In this document: piece after piece, positions 11,001-25,037 of the stretch
How positions within the stretch are numbered: position 1 is the stretch's first letter
Layout of the letters: every line of letters begins with the position of its first letter
Assembly: GCF_000150275.1 (NCBI RefSeq)
Contig: NW_002060948.1
Coordinates: forward strand, 2,596,180 to 2,660,179
Reading direction: 5' to 3'
From: Trichoplax adhaerens
Lineage: Eukaryota > Animalia > Placozoa
DNA length: 64,000 nt
The notes under the pieces: model-generated
The model's database searches: none
Told to the model about the DNA's origin: nothing
Seen by the model: only the letters and a program-made list of their open reading frames with translations
Position numbers and translations under genes: made by a program

Positions 11001-14000
11001 TTACGTATAACGAGATGTTCTAACTGTTCTTTAGAACAGTTTAATCTAGTTGTTTCTGTAATATCGATACGACACCGTGAAGAATGTAGATAGTAAGGGT
11101 CCACCTGTTAAATTTGTTGTAAAAAGTTAATATAGCTACCCAAATAAATAACAATTAAGCATTCAAATGTAGCATTTGAATTTACAAACCTTTTCTAGCT
11201 TAATTTTTGCACACAAAGTTTGCAAAACACTTAAAAAATTTAACATAAATCCATCACTTGAAACAAGGCTATCCTCTACCTATAAAATGAACTAGCATCA
11301 GCATCTGCTAATATAGGTAGAAAGAGTAATTTAAATGCTTACTTGCATCTGCGCACGTTTCTTATTTCTGGTTAGTACAGTCGCAATATAGCTAAGGATA
11401 AATTCTTTGCAGTCATTTGTTATCAACATTGAGTGTACAACATTGAACATACTCGTCTACGCACCAAATACAAACAAAAAAATATACGGTGGACCAATAA
11501 ATATTTCTATAAATAATCTAACCATATGAAACTCTGTATTGATCATACCCTAACAAACTGAATTGCGCGTTGCAAATTTTTCTTAATCATTTTCAAATCG
11601 TACTGATTAGGAGTTTCCGCAAAGTACTTCTCGGCTAGTCTCGGCTAGAAAGAAATTATAAGTTTTTTCAATTGCGTCCTCCATTTTAGATAAAGAAAGT
11701 CAGTACTTACGCAATCATCAGCAAACAGCGACATGCCGAAAAACGGGCCTAAAACAGACAATCTCTCTAATTCACGCGCAGAACATTTAGTGATAGCAGC
11801 AGGCAGCCAAGTTGGAAGCGTTGTCAGTAAGCGACAAATAGGTCTTCGGTTCTCGAACTTTATATCACAAAGTTCAGTCATTACTTTGTATACAGCTTGA
11901 TATTCGTTGTAATCAGCTAGAGTAATACTTTTGACAGCCTGCATCAAACCCATTACAACCGGTACAAATATCTGTGGTATAATCATATATTACGTTAACG
12001 TTATTATCACTGATGTAATGAATCTTCGGTTAATTACCGGGAAATTGAACATACACCGTATTACCTACACACATACTGATAAGCTACTATAATTGATATT
12101 ACCTTCGATAAAGATTTCTCATCTTTGCTGGCTGCATATACCAAGTCGCATAAAAATCCATGGGGTAACTTACAATTAGGTATTAAAAATTTAAGTAGTG
12201 TCGACGACTCGACTATCGTTCTATAATGAAAAAATTCGTATATATGGTTGTTAGCAAAGTTTAATGTTGCTAAAGCTACTTACTACCGCCACATATCGCA
12301 AATATACAATTCGTGCTAATACAGCAAAGTAAAAGAGTAAATTACCTTGGTCTTGTGAATACACCTTCTAAAACAAGTCCAGCAAACGATGCGCATTGTT
12401 GACAGCTAGATAATAGTAGGTCTAACCAAATTTGAGGCGCGGGATACTAAATTAAGTAGCGATATTACAAAATGAGCAATTTCTCCTATAAAAAATATTT
12501 CAAGAGATATCTTTGCAATGATAAGTAATTACAGAAATGCGACAAACCTTTATATCACTGCGCTCCAACGACAGCCGTTCGTAACAAGAACACAAATACG
12601 ACATCATTTCGTATTCTACAGTATCAATGTCTTCAAGGTCTGGCTTATTACTATATAACAAATGTCGGTAACTTTATTATTTCATATGCACATTGATACA
12701 TAGTTTTTAACTACTGTATACAATAATTTCATGACGAAATACCTAGCGCCTGCAGCGCACCCAGCATTACGTTCTAGTGATGACAATCTTTCCACCAGAA
12801 TTCGACCAACAAGTTCACAGTAATCTTTTAAAACAGTGATACATAACGTATTATTTATTTACAAATAGAGTATCAGATAGATTACATATAATATAGTAAT
12901 ACTGTAAATCAATATTGCAACTAACCGAAGTTATTTTCAGCCTGACTATCAATGGATGGCATGTAGTAGTAATCTCCTTCCATGGCATCCTTTTAACAGT
13001 CAAAGATTTAGATAAACAAAACTAAAATCAGAAAATAGTCACAAAATATATGGGTAGTAAAATTCTTCCAAAGTACCTGATTTGCTGTAACCCGAAATAT
13101 TCTACATAATGCCGTCTTTATGTCAGCCTCACCAGCTGGCCGAAAATCGAACTATGTTAAATTTAATAACAGTGTGAAGATTAGAGGATAGGTACTTTGG
13201 TGTTTTAAAAGTATGTCACAAAATAATTATCTGCGAATTTGGGTGACGTTGCGTGTAGCTCTTATACAATGTTAAAATAAAGTCTTGAATACTACAATCC
13301 AAGGAAAAGTCTCACTGTATAGATGCTATCAGTATTATTGAAAGTATGATTACTTTTGAGTTGGTTTGGCTAGGCTTGGCTGGACATGCTTGATTTTGTT
13401 CTAAGCATTTACTTTTTTTTCCCGTAAATATTTCGACTGAAGGAGATTGACTAAGACATGGCGATGCTCTTTTACTACAGCAGGGTACCTGTTTGTCATC
13501 TCTATTAAACAAATTACAGAATTTATGAAATAATAATTAATAATTGCAATCAACAACACTAATACTCTTTGTAAAATCTATGTCATAGCATATTATAACA
13601 ATGGTATTATGGGAAAAGTGAACACTCAATTTATGATCTTACGAATTCTAACATGATAAAAGAAATTCTGCGCACGACTTACTCAAAAGAAGAGTTAAGC
13701 GATATCTTTGGAGAAGTATTATCAGAACGATGTTGCCTGATGGCGTCTGTAGCTTTAACACCGGGGCATTCGTCAATTTCCATATTCTCCACAGTATCTT
13801 GGCTAGAGCAGATTTCCATTGGCTGATCTTGCTGAGATCTTAAAAATGTTACGTTAATATCTGCATTTAGTATTTTTAGGGTAAAACAACGCATTAAAGC
13901 ACGATGATCATGCAAACATAGCTTACAGACAGTAATCACTATTGTAAACAAAAAAATTTTGATGGAGATCTGCAAGTACAGTATCTTCTGTACGCACGCT

Positions 14001-16084
14001 ATCTACATACGCGTATAACGTCATGCACGACAATCAATGAAGACAAAATTAAAACGTACGTATATTTGAATTTATGTACGCAGTATCAGTAATAAAAGAT
14101 CATGAACGGTTATCTGATATATACGTACACAACAGATGAGTTCGTAATCACTATGTCAAATCTAGTGTGAAGAATAGAATAATACCTGGTTTTGTTATCA
14201 TCTAAGCCATTGATATCCATGGGTGAAGGGCTATTAGCTGATTTATTAGAACTATTGTCAACGACAGATCCGCCAGATAGTCGTGCTAATCTTCGCCGAC
14301 GTATCTATAAAACAACTCTAGTTAAAATCTCTTTAAAAACGGAAAAGTACTTTATAATTAATAAGCGCATCTGTAAATGAAATTATTTTACCCTATGCAA
14401 TCAAAGTCGGTGTACTAGATTACTATACTAATCTGTTAAAATAATTACCTACTACAGGAGATTATCTCTCTGTTACATCTATTCAGTAATATAACAATAT
14501 TTTAAGATTTATGTAGTCAGCTTACTTGAAGTTAATTATATATAATTTATTATTAATAATATGCAGCATTATGAATAGCTCCGAGCAACTTTCGAGAAGC
14601 AACCTGTAACAGACTCGCGTCCTGATACTGAACTGGGTTCGACACTCAAATTCGAGAGACTACACCCACTAAAAATGGTACGTACTGTACCGATTCCCAG
14701 GTACCGTACCGTATTGTACTGTACAGTATATTCATTGAGCGTACGGACCGGATCCTCGGGCTAGCTTCAAGTGTCAAAAGTCGATGCTGCTTTTCCAGTG
14801 ATTCAGCACTATTTACAAGCTGGCGATGATCAGCAGCCGACATGAATATAATCGACATTAACGTCGATCTGTAGATGGCATACTCTACCCTAGCGTCAAA
14901 GTAGTTCAAGAATACGAGAATCTAGCCTGCTAGCTTAATAAAACTTAAATTAAAAAGACTGAATCATTAGATGAAGCGTGTTGAATAAGCAATATAATCG
15001 TTGGCAACATCTAGTAAAGAGAGTAAAAGTCAAGTTCAATGGCGATTCTTCTATAAACTATCCAATTTTGAAAAGATTCAATACGACAAATCGTCCTGCG
15101 TTTAAGATCAGCTCAGTCATTAAAATTACTTTACAATCACCATTTCAATATATTTGAAATGAAGGCGATGCTTCAATTAAATCATTCATTGATTAACTAA
15201 TGTAGCGTATATTTGGTTACGAGTTAACCAAAATAAAAGTGCGAAGATGGATGGTAATGACATCAAAGTGTTTGAAACCTCGATGTTTAATTATACTGTA
15301 CAGTATGTATAGAATGACAGTACAATGACGACGAGGGTGTACAGACAGTAGAGTACGGACGGGAAACCGCTACTGGTTTACATGATTCACAGCGTCGCAT
15401 ACGCGCATTGCAGTAGTGGAGTTGTCCACGGTACAGTAGAGTATGTATAGTAACCAATAGCGTACAGTCCAGTACAAGTGTACAGTATATACTGAATAGT
15501 ATAATAGAGCAGAGACTTTACTGTCAATGAAAAATTTTTTTCAATCTAGTCAGTGATAAGTAAGCAATGAAAATATTCCTCAAGTACTTCGCTGTTGCTG
15601 CTCAACTACACTGTACATCCATATTAGTGGGGTAAAAAAAGTTGTAGATCATTAAGCAATGCATAAAATAGATTGCGCACTACAAGCACTAAAAATGATA
15701 CAGCATTTTAATCAAGACATCGTTGTCTTTCTGCCCAATCTTAACAGTCATACTGTTGCTTGTACTGGACTGTAGAATAGCGAAGATTCAACACAGGCAC
15801 TCACTCGAGCGATTTTATCCGTGAAATAAAGGTTTTATAAATTAAAGTATACGCCAATCATGGTCAAAGATAACTAATGAGTTACTGTAAGCTTATACAA
15901 CCAAGAATGATCAATGAATAACAGAAGAGGAAGAATCATTGCCGAAATCCGATATTATAACGCAGAGTCATCATCGACAATCACAATCGAAGCAGACTAT
16001 TCAAAGTATCATCATTGGCATACTGTACAGTTTACCGCTGATAGGAGTCAATTTTACCTCTTCCGCTGTTAGTTGTTCACTCAT
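8047..16084 (-). CDS. UBE4B: Ubiquitin conjugation factor E4 B (Ufd2 core + U-box), multi-exon
   Basis: A 27-nt exon 1 at 16084-16058 (MSEQLTAEE) splices to 14304 (IRRRRLARL). Ufd2-core motifs include [19 protein letters not shown] and [18 protein letters not shown]-box: [47 protein letters not shown]. Stop at 8047-8049. Confidence 0.95.
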
Positions 16085-16299
16085 CCTTGCAGAATTCTGT
16101 TAGTCATATGGAAGGAGCAATCAAATCAATATTTTGTTCAGGTCAGGTCGACCTTTACTCCAAAATATACGTAGTAGTAATGACCAATTTTAATTCAAGA
16201 AATGAAATAAAAGCTTCGACTTTATTGTCATTCAACTTCAGTGCACCATATGAACTGGTATGAAATACCAGTCAAGATAGCAAATTGCTGGAAGTTATA

Positions 16300-16520
16300 T
16301 ACTACAGTACTGTAGGCATAGTGAGTCTGCTGTACAGTACTGTAGGTTGTACTATACGGTACTGTACTGTACGTTTTTCTTTTTTTCCAGTACAGTACTG
16401 TACTGTACAGTACAGTATTGTACCGTAATACTGTATTCAGTGTACTGTACTGTATACAGACGTCCAGACTTTTATGTCTGGACGACTTGATCGGATTCGG
16501 TACTACTGTCCGATGCGGAC
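16300..16520. promoter_or_regulatory. TACWG palindrome island upstream of UBE4B (probable promoter)
   Basis: Very dense TACAG/TACTG run, a 32-bp near-perfect palindrome at 16391-16422 and a 9-bp-stem hairpin at 16461-16484, about 220-430 bp upstream of the UBE4B ATG. Confidence 0.55.
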
Positions 16521-17522
16521 AACATTTTGTTGACTCATTCTGCCTTTGCGTTTTTTATTTTATTTTATTTTATTCTAAAATAACGTCCGCTCGAGCATAC
16601 TGTTTTAGTTAGTATATAATATACAAGTGTACCGTCAGATTATGCTTGTCTGATAGTTCATTAGCCTACAGCGTGTAGTACCTTCTTACAATGACCTCGT
16701 CAAGACAGACAATCAGGCCATTGAAAAAAAGCGTAAAAACACGAAATGGAGACAATACAAGGGTTTCACAAGACTTATAAATATTATACAATAAATTAAT
16801 AAAACTGCGTCTTGCTTAGAACTTGATTACTGAGGACTGAAATAGATAGAGAACGATGCAGATTCGACAGCTCAATCGGACCGCTGCTGTCTTCAACCTT
16901 ATCCAATTCTTGGGCACACTACAAAACTGAATGCGCTATTTTACTCGCTACTCATGATAGCAGTTTACTTGGGACACGTTAAGCTACGTTCAAAAAGATT
17001 CTTGTAAAATACGCGTACATTACAGCAATAATAAAATGGCAGTTCTACATAAAAACGAACACTAAGGCCGATGCATATTGTCTATGCCAATGCTGCGCCG
17101 TTCTACTACAATACTGTACAGTGTAGTGTATATCCATTCATCTTACGATTAGTGTTAGTATACTATACTGGATGCTGACGCCATAAGTACAGTTGATTAT
17201 TATTATTACTGTATATTAAATAGCCTTTAGTTGCATAAGGAGTGTGTAAAGCCACGGACTACTCCTCGAGGGCATATTGACGATGAGAAAGCACAGTACG
17301 CGCATTGGTCAGTTTAGTGGTACTACAGGTTAGTATCACATTGTTGGATGGAGATAAAAACTCGAGTTGAGTAATCCCTGATTCTAGGCTCTAGCAACAA
17401 GAACAGCGTCCAGTACACAATCTGTTGCATAGTCGAGTTTACAGGCAACATTTCGAAATGATATCAACTATTTTTAGAGTCAGTGTGATTTCGTTCAAGT
17501 GCATGGTTAGAATGTTGATGGA

Positions 17523-17805
17523 GTCGCTTGAAATTTTGCTGTACTGTACTGTACACTGTACACTGTACAGTAGTGCACACTTTGCTTTGCAATCGCTTGA
17601 AACTTTGCTATACTGTACTGTAGTGTACACTTTGCTTTGCAATCGCTTGAAACTTTGCTATACTGTACTGTAGTGCAAACTTTGCTATGCAATCGCTTGA
17701 AACTTTTGCTATACAGTACTGTAGTGCAAACTTTGCTATGCAATCGCTTGAAACTTTTGCTATACTGTAGTGTACACTTTGCTTTGCAATCGCTTGAAAC
17801 TACGC
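17523..17805. repeat. ~50-bp minisatellite, ~5.5 copies (AATCGCTTGAAACTTTGCTATACTGTACTGTAGTGTACACTTTGCTTTGC)
   Basis: Units start near 17523, 17591, 17641, 17691, 17742 and 17788. Length varies in the internal TACTG tract. Confidence 0.95.
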
Positions 17806-17869
17806 TATAATGTTGTATAGTACAGTATAGGTGCCATACAACGTATTTAGCTATTTCAGCGATTTCTGT

Positions 17870-18300
17870 ACAACAATAATGTACTGTACTGTAGGTTCAC
17901 ACGAGCAGTGAAAACCTAGCGACCGGCGACAAGTCTTGTCATTGCAGTCAAATCCTGTACTGTACAGTGTACAGTACACTAGTGTACAGTGTACAGTATA
18001 CGATTTTGTCTTCCAGTACTGTACAAGCTCTGACTGTACACTGTACTCTACAGTACAGTACAGGAGTATACAATACAATGTACACTGTGCAGTGTACTGT
18101 ACATTGTACAGTAGTAACCACGGCTGCGCAGAGTGTATGAAATAAAAGGAGATCGACGAAAGCTGGAGAGGGCTATACTGTACAGTTGGACAGTATGGCA
18201 TGCACCCAACAGTATATAGACAGTACAGCAGACCCCAGTGCAGAACTACACCGTAGCACTTCTTTTGTATCCAATACTGTACGTTGCTACATGTGCCCTT
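17870..18300. promoter_or_regulatory. TACWG-rich island, probable dystrobrevin promoter region
   Basis: Dense TACAG/TACTG/GTACAC words. A candidate non-coding first exon ends at donor AG|GTAAGG (18537), with an acceptor at 20823 just before the ATG at 20850. Confidence 0.45.
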
Positions 18301-20849
18301 GGAAGTCGCTCGTTGGACCCATTTGGACCTGTCTTAATTTCAATATTTACAAATATATCGCTCATCATTAGTTGCAGCTATACCTGAGATTTCTTCTTTT
18401 TCCACCCCTTTACCTGTATCCAAACCCTATTTTGTATACAGCTAAAGGATGAGATTGGTATTGACTATAAATTTAAGTATGTAGTCTATATACAATCATC
18501 CAAAATTAACTACAGAAAGAGAAATTAACGTGCTAGGTAAGGTTGAACTAGCTTAATAATTCAACAATCGTTTCGCCTTGTTTTTATTATTTAGTCTATT
18601 TCATCGATTGGCATCTGTTAATCAGTTGGAAAGAGGCTTTTTTATTTTATCTTCTGAGCTGTTTGATCCTCAGTTATTTGTTGCTTATTTTGTGTATCCA
18701 AGCTAGAACAATAAGCCAAAAGAATAATTTTAAAAAGAAGTAGAGTACTCTACGTGACAACGATCGTTTACGATCGACCTAAGCTCTCTAATTTCACTCA
18801 ATGGGATAGTCCAATTCATCATGATAAATTAATATACATGAAAAGATTGCCTAGATTGAAAATGGCCTCAAAATATCCCAGTTTATCATGAAGTATTTAG
18901 GTAATGTCAATGAATTGATCATTGCGGCTAAAAGAGAAAGCAATCAACGTAGGTGTAGAATAGTAGAAGAATATCCGCTGAAGTTTAATTCCTTTTTTTA
19001 CCGTTATGAAATTAGACGGTATGCATGTAGAAGAATATCAGTAACATCGTAATGTAGGAGAAGAGGATATACTACTAATAGATGAATCCATTTACTTTAT
19101 GCAGTCAGCTAACACTCAATATATTGAGAGCAGAACTAATCAAATGAAATTACCTACCGCTATATAATAAACAACGAGATACGTATAACAACATACGGGG
19201 CGTACAGTATTTGGACAACATCTTCAATAAAATAAAACTATTTTCTAGGTGCTACCGGCAAAAATGAATACTATTTTCTCTTGCAATATCATACTGGAAT
19301 AAATTATTTCAATCATCTGGATGAAAAGAAAGCAATTCTATTTAAATGATATCATGCATAACAAGAAATATTACATTATCTTCGCTTTCTACATTACAAC
19401 AGGGATACGATGACACTTTCTTTCCCTATCCTCCCAAAGTCATGACAAAATTAGATAACGGAAAGATAACTATTATGTTCTACTTTTCGTACTAATTTGT
19501 AATATTTAACGAGATACAAGTATCACATCCTTAAGGATAATAACGTGTTGGTGATAGGAACAATATCGATCCCTATTTGTCTGGCCTTAATATCATTATC
19601 TGATTACTGCCATTGATTAGTCAATAGCGAAATTGGCTGGTTTTACTGACATACATATTGTTTCATATCGCGATGCCTACGCGCGCTAGGCTAATGATAA
19701 TTAGAAACGTTACACTTTATCCAAAGCTTTCACGGTTTTTACTGTATAATATTGATTACTGTATCTATTTACAGATCATTATTCTCACTTTAATAATAAT
19801 TATAATCACGAACCGGTAAATATATCCATAGCCAAATGCCAATATGGATGTAGAAAATGTGATAGATTTAGATTAACCGCAACAAGGACTGACCAAATCA
19901 CAGGACATTTACAAAAACTAGCCAATAAAACAAGCCCTTTTACACCTACGAATAATATCTTTCCCGATATTGAATACTGTTCGTAGTAGCTAATCAATTT
20001 TTACCCTGTTGCTTGCTCTTATTTTGCAATGTTCACCTTAAAATAGATTAACAAATACAGCCTGAAATAGCGATTCAGTAGAGTCATACAGTAAAATACG
20101 GTATCGATTTTAATACTGTGGCATACTGCATTTTATATAGTTATTTGCTGTAAATTCCATGGATATGAAATTTTGTGCTAATAAGTGCATCGGTATTGGT
20201 AGATAAGACGTTTTGTTCCTCTCAATTTTTCCAACGGAAAGGAGTTACTACGAAAGGAATCAAATCTATATAGTGATGTCTTAACAGAATCATCACCAAA
20301 TAGATAAAATGACAGTATATTTCGTTATAATAAGTTTAAATTGATTATGGGTGGCATTGTTAGCTTTTTCATTAACATTCTTAACATCCTTCGTGCACTT
20401 GATGCAAACATCAATACTTCGACTATAGAGGATGCTTTATACTTTATGTATCATCATTCGCGCTTGAAAACATCTGATATCTATATGGAAAGTTATGCTA
20501 AATAAACTTTATATTCAATGGCCGTCCTTTACTCAAGTTACAACTGTATACCATTAGAAATTTCTTCAACTTAGAATTACAGTAACAAGTCGATGATAAT
20601 TTTACCGACAGTGTAGCAAATAATGCTAGCTAGTAGATATCATCAATAACTAGTTACCTTTAGCTTTCCCATGAGCAGCTTCATTTTTTTTTCTCATGAT
20701 TTTATAAATGGCAGTATATACTAACATGGATGGTATAATTTTACTTTTGCAACATTTGGCTTACATGAAATAGGTAGCGTATTCCTGTTACTAATGTACA
20801 ATTGAAAAATTTTTATTAATCAGATTTTAGATAAAGTAGGCCTGCAAAA

Positions 20850-23800
20850 ATGAATGCGCTACAGAAATTCTTTGATGATCTGAGTTAGTATTGTTTTTCG
20901 GATTAAGATTAACTATTTCACAATATAGCTAATTTTTTACTGTGCTATAAATTGATTAATAGTCACAAAATACGATAGTCCGTCAAGAAAGTTCCTCCAT
21001 TATGACATTAGATCACTAAGTGAATAATCTAATTTGCAATCTACTTATGTCAATTATAGAAAGTCGAGATTACGATACTATTCGATTTGCAACTTATCGA
21101 ACATGCTGTAAATTGCGCTACTTGAGGGAAAAGACAACATGTAAGTGAAATATCAACTATCAAGACAACTTTCACTAGCTATTATGATTTATTTAGATTG
21201 CTGTAGTATTTTATATATATACGCATATATGAATTCCATGCTAGTTCATATTATTATCAATTTTAATCGTGGTAAATTTTGCCTTGTCCAATATTTGTCA
21301 TGGCTACGTCATCAAAAATTAGTATACAGACATACTATAACAATACATTGTAATTTGATAATTACTGTGAAGATAATGAAAGATGATTTGGTTTATAAGA
21401 TCTAAGAAATTGGTTGGTGATTTCTTTGTAGTATCCAAAGTGGATATATTTTCTGTCATCGAACTTTTCAGAAGTAATGGATTAATAGGGGTTAACAATA
21501 ATCAGACACTGACACTCCAACAAATGAAAGTGGTTATCCGTAATCTGCTATGGACGCTAAATAAGCGATTGCCTTTGAGAAATTCCAACAATTTTCAAAA
21601 TACAGTCAAATTAATTTATGCATTCATGGCTGCTACCTATGCAAGGTATTCCTTCATATTTTAATGGAGTCTTTCACTCTTTTATTTGACATTATTTAGC
21701 TAATTCTATATTTCTTATAAAATTGGATAGGGATGACATTATTCGCATTTCATCCCTTAAAATAGCTTTGGCAATTCTTTGTAGTGGTAAATTAATGGAC
21801 AGACTTAGATGTAAGTTCGAGAGCTTGAAAGTACTGGCTCTAGCCTTGTAAAATAAAAATGAAAAATGAAATGAATCATTGAGACAAAGCGTTTATTGAT
21901 ACAAACACAGGTCTACGTAATTTCTAATTTGATGAATTTGTTTTTTAATTGTTTTTTAATATTTTTTGAATTATAGACATTTACACTTTAATCTCCGATA
22001 GTAATGGTGCCCTAATAAAAGATAAATTCGAAAGCTTTTTAATCGACGTATTAGCTGTATGTCACTTACGTAGTACAGATACATAATTTTATTATGCACA
22101 TATTATGACGTTGCTCATTATGGTTGCTATTTAGTTGCCCACGGCACTCGGTGAAGGCCTCACATTTTCTTATAAAGTAGGCATGTTGGAACAGTGTCTT
22201 AATGATGAGGTTAGGATAAATCTGCAGATTCTTATTATTACGACATTGTCAATTATATTAAAACAATTAACTATCTAAAATTAGCAATTACGCGATGGAG
22301 GAGATGTAAATGGTTTCATCGGCTGGATTACCGAACCTGACCCCTCTTCACGTTTGATCTGGTTATCAGTATTATACAAAATGAATCAAACTGAAAATGG
22401 TATTAATTGTCTATTGGTTTCAGCATCTAACTAAATTATTTTTTTCTAAGTAATGATTTTTCTTATTTTTTCAGTTCACCATATGATAAAATGTAAAACT
22501 TGCGAGAAACAAAATTTTACCGGACTTAGGTTGATTCCTATAAATTTTTATTCTATCGAATAATTCAAAAAAACGATAGTAATCGTCAATTAACGTTTTT
22601 TATTTTTTTCTCTTTTATCGTATCAACATAATTCAAATTACCCTTGGATACCATACTTGAAGATATAAATGTCTTCAGTGTTACAACTATCAACAATGCC
22701 AGGTAGTTATGATTGTGATATAATTCGTTTTTTACTTATCAACAGTGTCGTATCATTAACTTTTTTACAATGCATTAATCAACCATACGTACAACATTTA
22801 AAAGTAAATTTTTGCCTAAATTTTTCCAAGGATTGCTATTGGAGAGGCAGAATAAGTGCTCAACATGATCTTGACCATAATGTTAAAGAATTCGCCGTTT
22901 GGGTATAGAATATTTCTAATTATTTACTTGACAAACTGGATTGATTATATAGTTACCGTACCCATATTTTCACTCCATTACTATTTATTTATTCTCTGAA
23001 TTAGTTGAGTCGAGGTAAATCCTTTACCAGATCTATTCGTAGATCTTTCCGATGTTTTCCTACTAAAAGTAGCCCGAAATTAATAGAATCACCCAGCCAG
23101 CATAAGAATACACTTGATCTACATTGTATAGTGTAAGACACGACCTTTGTATTTGAATGTTCTGATAAATATAATTAATTAGCAAGTATAGTATTACAAT
23201 TCAATTAAATTCAATGAAATCACTAATATTTGTATTAATATTTAGGCCGACAGTCCCTGCACCTGAAGTTAATGAAACTTACGGAACGGATACATCGTAA
23301 GTAGTTCACTGCTTGGTACATGCAGAACTTTTTAATATCTGTGATTGTATCTTTTATTAGTTTTTATTTTTTATAGAAAGTAGTATCTCAGTACGTTTTA
23401 TATTCAAATTTTCTTAATAAATAGCGTTAATGAAGAACACGCTCTTATAGCAAGATATGCATCTAGGTAAGCAGGTTATGTTACGTAAATATTTTTCTGC
23501 TGATCTATTAGACCTCCATTATCGCTCTACTTAAAGAAAGGGCAATAATTATATAATTTATTTTATTGTACTTTTATCAAAATATGTAGACTTGCCAGGC
23601 ATGCAGAAAATGCGGTAAGAATTAAATGAATATAATTCTATTTTGATTAATCATTAACTTGTAAAATATTTAAAAAATTTTTGCTTCTATTAGCCTAGTA
23701 CACCTAACGAACTGACTCTAAATATGAAAGAGACTGTAGAGAAAGAAAGATTGATTGGCACTCTTGCAGAAAGAAATATGTTCGTATATAGTCATTAAAT

Positions 23801-25037
23801 TACTTCATGTAGAATTCAAGTTATTAACAGTTGTATTAATAAAATTAGGAAATTATTAACCGAGGTGAGAGAATGGGATGATCACAGCGATATAGTAAAT
23901 TCTCAGAATGCCTCATCTACTTCATTGGTATCGAAATCGACAGTTGAGGAACTCAACTTAAGTAAATCTGGCTTAGAAGAGAAAGTATCGACACTTCTAA
24001 GCCATCGATTTCAATTGCTACAAGAACTGGAAGAAACAATGAGTGAACTAAAGGTATTAATTAATTATTTCAGTACTCGCATTACAAACACCATGCTTTC
24101 GTTAACGAAATAAGGATGTGTTTACATGCTTCAGAACTTGCTATAGTGGAATATTTAAAACACTAATTGAATCCATACAATTGCTCAAATATAGAGTTTA
24201 GAGACTCCTGATGAAAATAATCGACTTTCAGCTGCTAGTGATGAAGCGAAACTTAGAGTGTCTCGACTTGCAGAAGCTCGTAAATCTATTGCTACAATAT
24301 TATCTCAGTCTGTTGATGTTCTAAATGAGGAGTCACTATACGAGAGAGATTTTTTTAACGAATTGTATATACCACATGCATTAGGTAACGTAAAAATTAT
24401 TGATAGAAACATCATAAATGTTTTAGTATTTTCCTCTCAATTTAATGCTAACGTTTTATCAATATAATGATAGAAAAGAGTAGAGAAAACATCTCTGCTG
24501 ACACCGACATTGTAGTAAAAGCTTCTACTGAAGCTGTCGCCAATGGTAATTGTAAAGAGGATGAATTGTCTCAAGGTCAGATTGATAAGATCGGTTCTGC
24601 CAATGCATTATATAGACAGTCAGAGATGAACAATTCGCTTAAAACAGATAACGATGAAGTTACAAAAACGATCAGTCATAGGTTCGTCTAACATAAATGA
24701 ATATGTGCCATTTAAGTTTATGCTGTAGTAAGTCGATGCTATATTTGTAAAAATGAAGCTACGGGCTATGCACTAGTATATGCTTATGAACTGCTTTCAC
24801 TTTTCACTCTTGAAATACTGCTTTCAAAAGAAAGTGTCGCGGTATCACCTTTAATTATTTGTTCATTCTTTTAACAGCGAAAACGTAAAAAATCCAGTAA
24901 ACGGCCCAACTATAGTTCCCACGCCCTACAGGAGTCACAACCCATTAGATGATAGCGATGATGATGAAGATACTATTAACGGAGTACTTACGGAGACTTA
25001 TGAGAGTGCGGGATTAACAACGGAAAACGGAAATTAG
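20850..25037 (+). CDS. Dystrobrevin (EF-hand region, ZZ zinc finger, coiled coil), multi-exon
   Basis: Exons read MNALQKFFDDLKSRDYDTIRFATYRTCCKLRY; VDIFSVIELFRSNGL; KIALAILCSGKLMDRLRYIY; ZZ finger CKTCEKQNFTGLRYKCLQCYNYQQCQDCYWRG; NEEHALIARYASRLA. Last exon 24879-25037. It is a co-ortholog of DTNA/DTNB, so no single symbol is given. Confidence 0.9.

Noticed and set aside
17425-18371. Cluster of overlapping Cys/Tyr/Thr/Val-rich ORFs on both strands (also 16418, 31497, 42085)
   Set aside because: They are by-products of stop-poor TACWG repeats (YCTVQYS-type translations), not plausible proteins.
18960-20000. Open frames of ~55-75 codons in the presumed dystrobrevin 5' intron
   Set aside because: They show no recognisable homology or consistent splice chain, and the lengths are compatible with chance.
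21646-21655. Dystrobrevin donor GTATTCCTT as a third U12 intron
   Set aside because: It deviates from the RTATCCT consensus at +5, no CCTTAAC-like branch site lies near the acceptor, and it is treated as U2-type.
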